From Burkholderiaceae bacterium (GTDB lineage Bacteria; Pseudomonadota; Gammaproteobacteria; Burkholderiales; Burkholderiaceae_E): a DNA stretch of 64,000 nt. The notes beneath the pieces are model-generated. The model had not been told where the DNA came from and did no database searches. It saw nothing but the letters and a program-made list of their open reading frames with translations. Where the stretch lies: assembly GCA_035628395.1 (NCBI GenBank), contig DASPJX010000204.1:5747-69746 (forward strand). Reading direction: 5' to 3'. How positions within the stretch are numbered: position 1 is the first letter of the stretch; the number at the start of each line of letters is the position of its first letter. Position numbers and translations under genes: made by a program. Positions 8,562 through 19,451 of the stretch are shown here, piece by piece.

Positions 8562-9802
8562 GCGCGCCGATGACGCGCCCGAAGCGCAAGAACCCGGTGC
8601 TCGCCACGCGCGCGCCGACGCTGCCGCCCGGCGGGCGCAGCCGCGTCGCGCTCGGGCTGACCGCCGCCGCGGCCGAGGGCCGCTTCGCGCTGCAGGCCTG
8701 CGCCGACTGCGGCGCGGTCCAGTACCCGCCGCGCGAGGCCTGCCGCGTCTGCCTGGGCGTGCGGCTGCCCTGGCGCACGCAGGACGGCGCGGGCACGCTG
8801 CTCGCGCAGACCCGGCTGCACCACAGCAACGACCTGTTCTTCCGCGAGCGGCTGCCCTGGCGGCTCGGCATGGTGAAGCTCGCGGTCGGCCCGACGGTCG
8901 TGGCCCACCTGCACGGCGACGTCGGCGCGGCCGGCGAGCGGGTGCGCGTGCGCGCGATGCTCGACCGGGCCGGCCAGGCCGTGCTCGTCGCGCTGCCCTC
9001 CGAGGACACCCCGAACATGAGCGACGACCCGATGCTGCGCGAGATGAGCTGCGACCCGAAGTTCCGCAAGGTGCTGGTCACCGACGCGAAGACCGCGACC
9101 GGACAGGCGGTGGTGAAGGCGCTGGTGGCCGCGGGCGCCGACGTCGTCTGGGCGGGCCACGCCGAGCCCTGGAAGAAGCTGCCGGGCTTCGACGCGCTGG
9201 TCGCGCTGCCGCAGGTGACGCCGGTGCCGCTCGACCCGACCGACTCGCGCTCGGTGGCGGAGCTCGCCGGCGAGATCGGCGGCCGGGTCGACATCGTCGT
9301 CAACACCGCCGAGCACCACCGCGCGCAGGGCATCGGCGGGCGCGTCGCGGTCGAGACCGCGCGCAGCGAGATGGACGTCAACTACTTCGGGCTGCTGCGG
9401 CTCGCGCAGGCCTTCGGGCCGGCGCTGCGCGCGCGCGCGGCCGACGGGCCGACCGGCGCCTGCGCGTGGGTCAACCTGCTGTCGATCTTCGCGCTCGCCA
9501 ACTTCCCCGCGCACGGCACGTTCTCCGCGTCGAAGGCCGCCGCGCTGTCGCTCGCGCAGTGCCTGCGCGCCGAGATGCGCCCGGCGGGCGTGCGCGTGGT
9601 CAACGTGTTCCCGGGCCCGATCGACGACGAGTGGAACCAGCTGCTGCCGCCGCCCAAGCTGCCGCCGGCGGCGCTCGCGAAGGCGGTCGTCGGCGCGCTG
9701 AAGGACGGCACCGAGGACGTCTATCCCGGCGACGTCGCGCAGGAGTGGCTCGAGCGCTGGCGCGACAACCCGAAGGCCCTGGAACGCGAGATCGGCGGCT
9801 GA
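8558..9802 (+). CDS. Fusion protein: N-terminal DUF35 (Zn-ribbon + OB-fold) domain and C-terminal degenerate short-chain dehydrogenase/reductase-like domain
   Basis: In-frame part of track ORF 7544..9802, starting at ATG 8558. Zn-ribbon CADCGAVQYPPREACRVC followed by an OB-fold segment. The SDR-like half is KVLVTDAKTATGQAVVKAL ... HGTFSASKAAALSLAQCLRAEMRPAGVRVVNVFPGPI, with Phe replacing the catalytic Tyr. Confidence 0.75.
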   Translation: MSAPMTRPKRKNPVLATRAPTLPPGGRSRVALGLTAAAAEGRFALQACADCGAVQYPPREACRVCLGVRLPWRTQDGAGTLLAQTRLHHSNDLFFRERLPWRLGMVKLAVGPTVVAHLHGDVGAAGERVRVRAMLDRAGQAVLVALPSEDTPNMSDDPMLREMSCDPKFRKVLVTDAKTATGQAVVKALVAAGADVVWAGHAEPWKKLPGFDALVALPQVTPVPLDPTDSRSVAELAGEIGGRVDIVVNTAEHHRAQGIGGRVAVETARSEMDVNYFGLLRLAQAFGPALRARAADGPTGACAWVNLLSIFALANFPAHGTFSASKAAALSLAQCLRAEMRPAGVRVVNVFPGPIDDEWNQLLPPPKLPPAALAKAVVGALKDGTEDVYPGDVAQEWLERWRDNPKALEREIGG

Positions 9803-9821
9803 GCCGCCACGGAGACCGACC

Positions 9822-10619
9822 ATGGACAGGCTGCCCCCTTCCGAGACGCTCGGCGCGCTGGTCGCCGACCTGCTCGCCGGACGCATCCGCGTCGTCGACC
9901 TGACGCAGACCCTCGCCCCCGAGTTCCCGCAGATCGTGCTGCCGCCCGAGATGGGCCAGTGCCTGCCGTTCCGGATCGAGGAGATCTCGCGCTACGACGA
10001 CCGCGGTCCCGGCTGGTACTGGAACAACTTCTCCTGCGGCGAGCACACCGGCACGCACTTCGACGCGCCGATCCACTGGGTCTCGGGCCGCGACCTGCCG
10101 AACAACTCGGTCGACACGCTGCCCGTCGAGCGCACGATCGGCCCGGCCTGCGTGATCGACTGCTCGGCGCAGTCGGCCGCCGACCCCGACTTCCTGCTGA
10201 CCCGGGACTTCGTGCTCGACTGGGAGTCGCGTCACGGCCGGATCCCGCCGCGCGCGTGGGTGCTGATGCGCACCGACTGGAGCAAGCGCACCGATCCGGT
10301 GGACTACCAGAACTACGACGAGACCGGCCAGCACACGCCGGGCCCCGACGCCGAGGTCGCGCGCTTTTTCGTCGAGGAGCGCGACGTCGTGGGCTTCGGC
10401 ACCGAGGCGATCGGCACCGACGCCGGCCAGGGGGTCCACCAGCGTCCGCCCTACCCGTGCCACTACTACATGCACGGCGCGGGGCGCTACGGGCTGCAGT
10501 GCCTGACCAACCTCGACCTGCTGCCGCCCACCGGCGCCGTCGTGATCGCCCCTCCGCTGAAGATCCGCCAGGGCAGCGGCAGTCCGCTGCGCGTGATCGC
10601 GCTGGTGCCGGGAGGCTGA
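9822..10619 (+). CDS. Cyclase-family metal-dependent amidohydrolase (kynurenine formamidase / isatin hydrolase family)
   Basis: Track ORF of 265 aa with the metal-binding signature CGEHTGTHFDAPIHW (HxGTHxDxPxH). Confidence 0.85.
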   Translation: MDRLPPSETLGALVADLLAGRIRVVDLTQTLAPEFPQIVLPPEMGQCLPFRIEEISRYDDRGPGWYWNNFSCGEHTGTHFDAPIHWVSGRDLPNNSVDTLPVERTIGPACVIDCSAQSAADPDFLLTRDFVLDWESRHGRIPPRAWVLMRTDWSKRTDPVDYQNYDETGQHTPGPDAEVARFFVEERDVVGFGTEAIGTDAGQGVHQRPPYPCHYYMHGAGRYGLQCLTNLDLLPPTGAVVIAPPLKIRQGSGSPLRVIALVPGG

Positions 10620-10621
10620 GC

Positions 10622-11098
10622 GTGGCGCGACGCGCGGACGCGCTCGCCCCCGGCGCGGCGGCGAACGACGAACCGCTCGAGGGCTTCATCGCCGGCTACC
10701 TGCCGTACCTGCTCGCCCGCGCGAGCCACCTGATCTCGGGCCAGTTCCACGCGCACCTGGCCGCGGAGAAGGTGCCGGTGATGCAGTGGCGCGTGCTCGC
10801 CGCGCTGTGGGACGCGCCGAAGTCGGCGCGCGAGGTCGCCGACATCATCCTGCAGAAGCAGCCCACGGTCTCCAAGCTGCTCGACCGCATGGAGCGTCAG
10901 GGCCTCGTGCGGCGCGAGACCGACGCCGAGGACCGCCGGCGGATCGTCGTCAGCCTGTCGCCGCGCGGACGCGCGGTGGCCGGGCCGCTGATCGAGGCCG
11001 CCCGCGAGCACGAGCGCGCGGTGCTCGAGCCCTTCGGCTCGGGCAACGCGCGCGCGCTGATCGCGGCGCTGCAGCGGCTGATCGACGGCAACGCCTGA
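10622..11098 (+). CDS. MarR-family transcriptional regulator
   Basis: In-frame part of track ORF 9959..11098. GTG 10622 has GGAGG 6 nt upstream and lies 2 nt after the cyclase stop. Winged-HTH pattern VMQWRVLAALWDAPKSAREVADIILQKQPTVSKLLDRMERQGLVRRETDAEDRRRIVVSLSPRG. Confidence 0.85.
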   Translation: MARRADALAPGAAANDEPLEGFIAGYLPYLLARASHLISGQFHAHLAAEKVPVMQWRVLAALWDAPKSAREVADIILQKQPTVSKLLDRMERQGLVRRETDAEDRRRIVVSLSPRGRAVAGPLIEAAREHERAVLEPFGSGNARALIAALQRLIDGNA

Positions 11099-11234
11099 GC
11101 CCGGTCGCCCGCGCCGGGCGGCCGGGGGGAGCCGCCCGAGTCGCCGGCGCCGCCCGACCCGCTGCGGGCGGCCGTGCCCGCGGCGGCCCGGCTCGGCCGC
11201 GCGGCGCGCCGCCGCGGTCGGGCGGACCTGATCT

Positions 11235-12104
11235 ATGATCCCTCCCCAGCCCTTCGCCCACCGTGACCGGAACGCCGTGACCGACCTGCCCGTGCGCCGC
11301 CTCGCGATCGACCTCGACACGCCCTTCCCGGTGCGCTGGGCGGGCGGCGACGCGTTCCGCTCGGCGCTCTTCAACGCGCTGTCGATGAGCTTTCCGGTCG
11401 GCGAGCAGTTCTTCATCGACTCGGTCCGCGCCGGCATCGCGGCGCTGCCGCCCGAGCGGCGCGAGGCCTTCGCCGCCGAGGCGAAGGGCTTCATCGGCCA
11501 GGAGGCGACGCACCGGCACGTCCACGCGCGCTTCAACGCGATCCTCGCCGACCAGGGCCAGGTCAACACCGTCGAGGCCCGGGCCGGCCGCCGGATGGCC
11601 GCCGCCGCGAGCCTGGACGTGCGCAACCGGGTGGCGGCCACGGCGGCCACCGAGCACCTGACGGCGGTGTTCGCCGAGTGGACGCTGCGCCATCCCGAGG
11701 CGTTCGACGGCGTCGAGCCCCGGCTGCGCCGGATGTGGGAATGGCACGCCGCCGAGGAGTCCGAGCACCGCTCGACCGCGTTCGACCTCTACGGCGCGCT
11801 CGGCGGCGACCACGCGTGGCGGGTGCGGACCTTCCGCTACGTGACGACGACCTTCGTGATCGACATCGGGCGCCAGACGCTGCGCAACCTGTGGGACGAC
11901 GGCGCGCTGCTGCGACCCTCGACCTGGACGAGCGCCGCGCGATTCCTGTTCTCGCGCGACGGGTTCGTGCGCGGCAACGTCGCGGCGTGGCGCGCGTACC
12001 TCGCGCCGGACTTCCATCCGTCGAGGCACGGCGGCGCGCTCGGCGCGCGCTGGCTCGACGAGCATCCGGACGCGTACTCGGTGGTCGGGCGCCCGGCGGC
12101 CTGA
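11235..12104 (+). CDS. Predicted metal-dependent hydrolase (PF10118-like)
   Basis: Track ORF of 289 aa with FNALSMSFPVGEQFFIDSVR ... GQEATHRHVH ... AAEESEHRS, which resembles the predicted metal-hydrolase family. The true start is possibly GTG 11277, because the ATG at 11235 lies inside a TATGAT -10-like box. Confidence 0.6.
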   Translation: MIPPQPFAHRDRNAVTDLPVRRLAIDLDTPFPVRWAGGDAFRSALFNALSMSFPVGEQFFIDSVRAGIAALPPERREAFAAEAKGFIGQEATHRHVHARFNAILADQGQVNTVEARAGRRMAAAASLDVRNRVAATAATEHLTAVFAEWTLRHPEAFDGVEPRLRRMWEWHAAEESEHRSTAFDLYGALGGDHAWRVRTFRYVTTTFVIDIGRQTLRNLWDDGALLRPSTWTSAARFLFSRDGFVRGNVAAWRAYLAPDFHPSRHGGALGARWLDEHPDAYSVVGRPAA

Positions 12105-12182
12105 GGGCGCGTCCGCCGTCCCGCGCTCCGGACGGAGGCGGGATCGCCTCCATCGGGCCGCGCGCCGCGGCGGCCGGTGCGC

Positions 12183-13001
12183 TCAGCCGCCCGGCGCGCG
12201 CACCGGCTCGAGCGCCGCGAGCACCGCGTCGTGGATCGTGCCGCCGGTCGCGACGATCGAGTCGGCGCCGACCGGGTCCCCGCCCGTCCAGTCGGTGATC
12301 CGTCCGCCCGCGCCCTCGACGACCGGGATCAGCGCCATCAGGTCCCACGGCGAGAGGATCGGGTCGAGCATCGCGTCGGCGCCGCCGGTGGCCAGCAGCG
12401 CGTAGCCCTGGCAGTCGCCCCAGGTGCGGTAGAGCCTCGCGCGGCGCGCGAGCGCCTCGAACGCGGCGCCGTCCCGGTGGCGCGCGACGGCGTGATGGTC
12501 GGTGGTCAGCAGCGTCGCGTCCTCGATCCGCGCGCAGGGCCGCACCCGGACCGCGCGGCCGCCGGCGAGCCGGGTCTCGTCGCCGGTGCCGAGGAGCGCG
12601 TGCCCGGTCGCCGGGCTCGCGATCACGCCGATCGTCGGGCGACCGTCGCGCTGCAGCGCGATCAGCGTGCCGAACATCGGGCAGTTCGCGATGAACGAGC
12701 GCGTGCCGTCGATCGGATCGAGCACCCAGCGGTAGCGCGCGCCCGGGCGCGTCTCGCCGTACTCCTCGCCGAGGATGCCGTGGTCGGGGTAGCGCCGCTC
12801 GATCAGCGCGCGCATCACCTCCTCGGCGCGGCGGTCGGCCACCGTCACCGGCGTCGCGTCGGCCTTGTCGAGCACGCGCACGTCGGCGAGCCACCACGGG
12901 CGGATGACCGCGGCCGCGACCGCGGCGAGCTCGAGCGCGAAGGGCACCAGCTCGGCGCGCTCGGCCGCGTCGGGCACGGCGGTGTGGCGCGGAGCGTCCA
13001 T
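12183..13001 (-). CDS. Inositol monophosphatase family protein (IMPase / histidinol-phosphatase-like)
   Basis: Track ORF of 272 aa with motifs ILGEEYG, WVLDPIDGT and WDLMALIPVVEGAGG. Confidence 0.85.
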   Translation of the reverse strand: MDAPRHTAVPDAAERAELVPFALELAAVAAAVIRPWWLADVRVLDKADATPVTVADRRAEEVMRALIERRYPDHGILGEEYGETRPGARYRWVLDPIDGTRSFIANCPMFGTLIALQRDGRPTIGVIASPATGHALLGTGDETRLAGGRAVRVRPCARIEDATLLTTDHHAVARHRDGAAFEALARRARLYRTWGDCQGYALLATGGADAMLDPILSPWDLMALIPVVEGAGGRITDWTGGDPVGADSIVATGGTIHDAVLAALEPVRAPGG

Positions 13002-13012
13002 CGGCGCGCGGA

Positions 13013-14008
13013 TCAGACCGACTCGCGCATCGCCCAGCGCATGTCGGGGTAGCGCTCGCCCGCCACCGCCTCGTGCATGCGCAGCGCCTCGATCCGCGCG
13101 AGCGTGCGCGCCGACAGCGCGACGTCGACCGCGTCGAGGTTCTCGTCCAGTCGCGCCCGCCGCGTGGTGCCGGGGATCGGCACGACGTCGCGGCCCTGCG
13201 CGAGCACCCAGGCGAGCGCGAGCTGCGCGGGCGTGCAGCCCGCCTCCCGCGCGATCGCCGCGAAGCCGGCGAGCAGCTCGCGGTTGCGCGCGGCGTTGTC
13301 CTGCGAGAAGCGCGGCTGGCTTCGCCGGAAGTCGTCGGCCGCGAGCGCCGACGGGTCGGTCGCGGCGCCGGTCAGGAAGCCGCGCCCGAGCGGGCTGTAC
13401 GGCACGAAGCCGATGCCGAGCTCGCGCAGCACCGGGAACAGCGGCTCGACGTCGCGGCTCCAGAGCGAGTACTCGGTCTGCACCGCGGCGATCGGATGGA
13501 CCGCGTGCGCGCGCCGCACGGTGGCCGGCCCCACCTCGGACAGCCCGAGCCAGCGCACCTTGCCCGCGCGCACCAGGTCGGCCATCGCGCCGACCGTGTC
13601 CTCGATCGGCACGACGCCGTCGATCCGGTGGACGTAGAACAGGTCGATGCGATCGACGCCGAGCCGCTCGAGCGAGGCCTCGCAGGCCTCGCGCACGTAG
13701 TCGGGCGCGCCCGAGATGCCGCGGAACGACGGATCGTCGCGCCGGCGCAGGATGCCGAACTTCGTCGCGAGCACGACGCGCTCGCGCCGTCCGGCGATCG
13801 CGCGCCCGACGAGCCGCTCGTTGTCGCCGAAGCCGTAGATGTCGGCGGTGTCGAGCATCGTCGCGCCGCGCTCGATCGCGCGGTGGATCGTGCGGATCGA
13901 CTCGTCGGGGTCGGCGGGGCCGTAGAACTCGCTCATGCCCATGCAGCCGAGCCCGAGGGCGCCGACCGCCGGGCCGTCGCGGCCGAGCGTGCGAAGGGGG
14001 ATGTCCAT
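13013..14008 (-). CDS. Aldo/keto reductase
   Basis: Track ORF of 331 aa with [32 protein letters not shown] and the typical AKR C-terminal IPGT... Confidence 0.9.
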   Translation of the reverse strand: MDIPLRTLGRDGPAVGALGLGCMGMSEFYGPADPDESIRTIHRAIERGATMLDTADIYGFGDNERLVGRAIAGRRERVVLATKFGILRRRDDPSFRGISGAPDYVREACEASLERLGVDRIDLFYVHRIDGVVPIEDTVGAMADLVRAGKVRWLGLSEVGPATVRRAHAVHPIAAVQTEYSLWSRDVEPLFPVLRELGIGFVPYSPLGRGFLTGAATDPSALAADDFRRSQPRFSQDNAARNRELLAGFAAIAREAGCTPAQLALAWVLAQGRDVVPIPGTTRRARLDENLDAVDVALSARTLARIEALRMHEAVAGERYPDMRWAMRESV

Positions 14009-14051
14009 GCCCGATGATGCCGCAGGTCGCGCGTCCGCGCCCGCGCGCCGC

Positions 14052-14513
14052 TCAGCGCAGCAGCTCGGGCGACACCACCGCCTTCACCAGCACCTGCCCG
14101 CCGCCGCGCGCGCGCCAGCCGAGCCACCAGAGGCCGGCCTTGCGGATCGGCCAGACCCCGTCGCGGCCGGCCACCAGCAGCGCGGCGGCCCGTCCGATCC
14201 ACGGGTTGTGGCCGACGACGACGAGCGTGCCCTCGCGCCCCTCGGGCCAGCCGGTCTCGGCGATCGCCTCGTCGGCGTCCGCGCCGGGCGCGAGCGCGCC
14301 GCTCACGCCGTAGGGCAGCCCGAGCGCGTCGGCCGTCCGGCGCGCGCGCCGCGCCGGGCTGCACAGCACCGTCGTCGCCGCGCCCGCGGGCAGCCGCTCG
14401 CGCAGCCAGGCCCCCACCCGCGCCGCGTCCGCCTCGCCGCGCGGCGTCAGCGCGCGCGCGTCGTCGGGCGTGCCGTCCTCGGCCTGCGCGTGCCGCCACA
14501 GGATCAGGTCCAT
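14052..14513 (-). CDS. Histidine phosphatase family protein (SixA-like phosphohistidine phosphatase)
   Basis: Last 153 codons of track ORF 14052..15545, starting [14 protein letters not shown] (RHA/RHG motif), then LTPRGEADA and VVVGHNPW. The start ATG is at 14511-14513. Confidence 0.8.
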   Translation of the reverse strand: MDLILWRHAQAEDGTPDDARALTPRGEADAARVGAWLRERLPAGAATTVLCSPARRARRTADALGLPYGVSGALAPGADADEAIAETGWPEGREGTLVVVGHNPWIGRAAALLVAGRDGVWPIRKAGLWWLGWRARGGGQVLVKAVVSPELLR

Positions 14514-14563
14514 GTCGGGCTCCTCCGTGCGCGACGCGGCGCAACCCGCGTGCCCGTCGACCC

Positions 14564-15757
14564 TCAGGCGCGGCGGCGCCACGCGAGCAGCGCGGCGACG
14601 CCGAACACCGTGCCCCAGAACGCCGACCCGACGCCCCACAGCGTCAGGCCCGACGCGGTGACCAGGAAGGTGACGAGCGCCGGCTCGCGCTCGGCCTCGT
14701 CGGCGACCGCCGCCTGCAGCCCGCGACCGATGGTCGGGATCAGCGCGACGCCGGCGAGCGCGACGACCATCTCGCGCGGCAGCGCCGCGAACAGCTGCGC
14801 GATCGGGCCGGCGAAGGCCGCGATCGCGAGGTAGAAGGTGCCGGCGACGGCCGCGGCGAGCCAGCGCCGGCGCGGATCCGGGTGCACGTCGGGCGCCATG
14901 CACAGCGCCGCCGTGATCGCGGCGAGGTTCAGCGCGAACGCGCCGAACGGCGCGAGCACGAGCGTCGCGAGGCCGACCGCGACGAGCAGCCGCGACACCG
15001 GGGCGTCGCCGTAGCCCGAGGCCCTGAGCACCGCGACGCCGGGCAGGTTCTGCGAGGCCATCGTCACGACGAAGAGCGGCAGCGCGACGCCCAGCAGCGA
15101 CGAGACCGCGAAGACCGGCGGCCAGGCGAGCGGCGCGAGCGCGGGCCGCGCGGCGGCGACCGTCGCGTCGCCGAGCCCGGGGCCGGCGAGCGCCGCGACC
15201 ACGCCCGCGACGAGCGTCGCCGGCACCGCCCAGCGCGGCGACGCGCGGCGCGCGAGCAGGTAGGTCGCGAGCATCGCGCCGACGACGGCCGGCGCGGTGC
15301 GCAGCGCGCCGAACGCCTCCAGCCCGAAGCGCAGCAGCACGCCGGCGAGCAGCGCGCTCGCGATCGACGACGGGATCCGGCTCATCCAGCGCTCGAAGAG
15401 CCCGGTGGCGCCGGCCAGCGTCAGCAGCGCGCCGCAGGCGACGAACGCGCCGATCGCCTCCGGCAGCGGCACGCCGGGCAGGCTCGCGGCGAGCAGCGCC
15501 GCGCCGGGCGTCGACCAGGCGGTGACCACCGGGATGCGCAGCCACGCGCTCGGCAGCAGCGTGGTGAGGCCCATGCCGAGCGAGAGCGCGGCCGTCATCG
15601 TCGCCAGCCCCGCGGCGTCGAGGCCCATCGCGAGGCCCGCCTGGACGATCAGCGCGTACGAGCTCGAGAACCCGACCAGCACGCAGACGAAGCCCGCGAC
15701 CAGCACCGCGACCGCGGTGCCGCGCGCCGTGTCCGTGGATCGGGCGTCGGACGCCAT
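14564..15757 (-). CDS. Benzoate/H+ symporter BenE-family membrane transporter
   Basis: Track ORF of 397 aa, polytopic and hydrophobic, with BenE-like segments (LVGFSSSYALIVQAG, MASQNLPGVAVLRASGY). Confidence 0.8.
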   Translation of the reverse strand: MASDARSTDTARGTAVAVLVAGFVCVLVGFSSSYALIVQAGLAMGLDAAGLATMTAALSLGMGLTTLLPSAWLRIPVVTAWSTPGAALLAASLPGVPLPEAIGAFVACGALLTLAGATGLFERWMSRIPSSIASALLAGVLLRFGLEAFGALRTAPAVVGAMLATYLLARRASPRWAVPATLVAGVVAALAGPGLGDATVAAARPALAPLAWPPVFAVSSLLGVALPLFVVTMASQNLPGVAVLRASGYGDAPVSRLLVAVGLATLVLAPFGAFALNLAAITAALCMAPDVHPDPRRRWLAAAVAGTFYLAIAAFAGPIAQLFAALPREMVVALAGVALIPTIGRGLQAAVADEAEREPALVTFLVTASGLTLWGVGSAFWGTVFGVAALLAWRRRA

Positions 15758-15767
15758 CGGCCGTGCC

Positions 15768-17378
<1,611 letters not shown>

Positions 17379-17539
17379 GGGTCGGCGCGAGTGTATCAGC
17401 CGGGCGGCGCGCCTCCGGCGGGCGCCGGCGTTCCATCCGCCCGACGCGCGCGCGGCCCCGACCCGCCCCGGTGCGCGATACTCGGACGAGCGCGCGTGCC
17501 GGCCGTCCCGGCCGCGGCCGCGCCGAGGAGACGCCACCG

Positions 17540-18526
17540 ATGACACCGATCCGACGCCGCCTGCTGCGCGGCGCGCTCGCGAGCGCGGCCTTCGCGCCCG
17601 TCGCGCGCGCCGTCCGCGCGCAGCCCGCCGAGCCCTGGCCGGCCCGGCCGGTGCGCATCCTGGTCGGCTTCGCGCCGGGCGGCAGCTCCGACGTCGTCGC
17701 GCGGCTGCTCGCGCAGCGGATCCAGCCGCTGCTCGGCCAGCCGGTGATCGTCGAGAACCGGGTGGGCGCCGGCGGGCTGGTCGCCGCCGAGGCCGTCGCG
17801 CGCGGGCCCGCCGACGGCCACACCTGGCTGCTGGTGCCGAGCGGGCACGCGAGCCAGGCGGCGATGCTGAAGCGCATGCCCTTCGATCCGATCGACGGCC
17901 TCGGCTGGATCGGCACGCTGACCACCTACCCGATGTTCGTCGCGGTCGCGCCCGAGTCGCCGATCCGCACGCTGCGCGACCTCGTCGAGCGCGCCCGCGC
18001 CGCGCCGGGCAAGGTCTCGTTCTCCTCGGTCGGCGTGGGCACCGCGCACCACCTGATCGGCGAGTGGATCGCGGCCGAGTCGGGCGTCGACCTCGTGCAC
18101 GTCCCGTACAAGGGCTCGGCCGCGGCGTTCGCCGACGTCGCCGCCGGCCGGGTCGACGTGATGGTCGAGACCGCGACCGCGGCCCTGCCCTTCGTGCGGG
18201 GCGGCCGGCTGCGCGCGGTCGCGGTGACCTCGGAGGCGGGGCGCGCGCTGGTGCCGGGCGTGCCCGCGGCGTCCGAGACGATCCCCGGGCTGGAGTACGA
18301 ATCGTGGCTCGGCGTCGCGGTGGCGCCCGGCACGCCGGCGCCGGTGGTCGATCGTGCCGGCCAGGCGATCCGCGCGGTGCTGGCGCAGCCCGAGACGATC
18401 CAGCGCCTCGACGAGCTCGGCGGCAAGGCCGGTCCGTCGACGCCCGACGCGTTCCGCCGGCGCGTGGAGCAGGACGTCGCGCGGTTCCGGCGGATCGTCG
18501 CGAGCCGGAACATCCCGCAGGAGTGA
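17540..18526 (+). CDS. Bug-family (TctC-like) periplasmic tripartite tricarboxylate transporter substrate-binding protein
   Basis: In-frame part of track ORF 17369..18526. ATG 17540 has GAGGAG upstream. Signal peptide [27 protein letters not shown], then [18 protein letters not shown], typical of the Bug family. Confidence 0.85.
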   Translation: MTPIRRRLLRGALASAAFAPVARAVRAQPAEPWPARPVRILVGFAPGGSSDVVARLLAQRIQPLLGQPVIVENRVGAGGLVAAEAVARGPADGHTWLLVPSGHASQAAMLKRMPFDPIDGLGWIGTLTTYPMFVAVAPESPIRTLRDLVERARAAPGKVSFSSVGVGTAHHLIGEWIAAESGVDLVHVPYKGSAAAFADVAAGRVDVMVETATAALPFVRGGRLRAVAVTSEAGRALVPGVPAASETIPGLEYESWLGVAVAPGTPAPVVDRAGQAIRAVLAQPETIQRLDELGGKAGPSTPDAFRRRVEQDVARFRRIVASRNIPQE

Positions 18527-18599
18527 GCGTCGGCGCGAGGCCCGCCCGGGACGCGCGCCGCGCACCGACGGGACGACGCGACGCACCGGACGCACCGAC

Positions 18600-19451
18600 A
18601 TGACCGATCCGACCCCCTCGCCCGCCGGCGCCGGCCGACCCGACCGGGAGCCCTGGTACCTGCCCGCCGCCGACGAGGTCGCGCTGTTCGAGGCGGCCTA
18701 CGCGGCGCGGCTCCCGGTGCTGCTGCGCGGTCCGACCGGCTGCGGCAAGACGCGCTTCGTCGAGCACATGGCGTGGCGCCTGCATCGCGCGGCCGGCGCG
18801 TCGGCGCGCGCGCCCGAGGTGCCGCTGGTCACGGTCTCCTGCCACGAGGACCTGACCGCCACCGACCTCGTCGGACGCTGGCTGCTGGCCGACGACGAGA
18901 CCGTCTGGCGCGACGGGCCGCTGACCCGCGCGGTGCGGACCGGGGCGATCTGCTACCTCGACGAGGTCGTCGAGGCGCGCCGCGACACCACCGTCGTCAT
19001 CCATTCGCTGACCGACCACCGTCGGGTGCTGCCGATCGAGAAGACCGGCGAGCTGCTCGACGCGCACCCCGACTTCATGCTGGTGGTGTCGTACAACCCG
19101 GGCCACGCGGCCGCCGGCAAGGCGCTGAAGGCGTCGACGCGCCAGCGCTTCGTGAGCCTCGACTTCGCCTATCCGACGCTCGACGACGAGACGACGATCG
19201 TCGCGCACGAGACCGGGCTCGATCCCGACGCGGCGCACCGGCTCGCGCGCATCGGCGAGCGGCTGCGGCACCTCGACGGGCACGGCCTCGACGACGGCGT
19301 CGGCACCCGGCTGCTGGTGCACGCCGGGCACCTGATCCGCCGCGGGATCGCGCCGCGCCGCGCCTGCGACGTCGCGATCGGGCGCGCGCTCACCGAGGAC
19401 GCCGACGTGCGACGCGCGGTCGCCGACGTCTGCGACGTGCTGCTGCCGTGA
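18600..19451 (+). CDS. CbbQ/NirQ/NorQ-family MoxR-type AAA+ ATPase
   Basis: In-frame part of track ORF 18354..19451, starting at ATG 18600. Walker [12 protein letters not shown] and Walker [11 protein letters not shown]. Confidence 0.85.
   Translation: MTDPTPSPAGAGRPDREPWYLPAADEVALFEAAYAARLPVLLRGPTGCGKTRFVEHMAWRLHRAAGASARAPEVPLVTVSCHEDLTATDLVGRWLLADDETVWRDGPLTRAVRTGAICYLDEVVEARRDTTVVIHSLTDHRRVLPIEKTGELLDAHPDFMLVVSYNPGHAAAGKALKASTRQRFVSLDFAYPTLDDETTIVAHETGLDPDAAHRLARIGERLRHLDGHGLDDGVGTRLLVHAGHLIRRGIAPRRACDVAIGRALTEDADVRRAVADVCDVLLP

Noticed and set aside
9822-10619. Calling the cyclase-family gene kynB (kynurenine formamidase).
   Set aside because: There are no kynA or kynU neighbours. The family also includes isatin hydrolases and other amidohydrolases. 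The context favours an aromatic side-chain pathway, so I leave the symbol empty.
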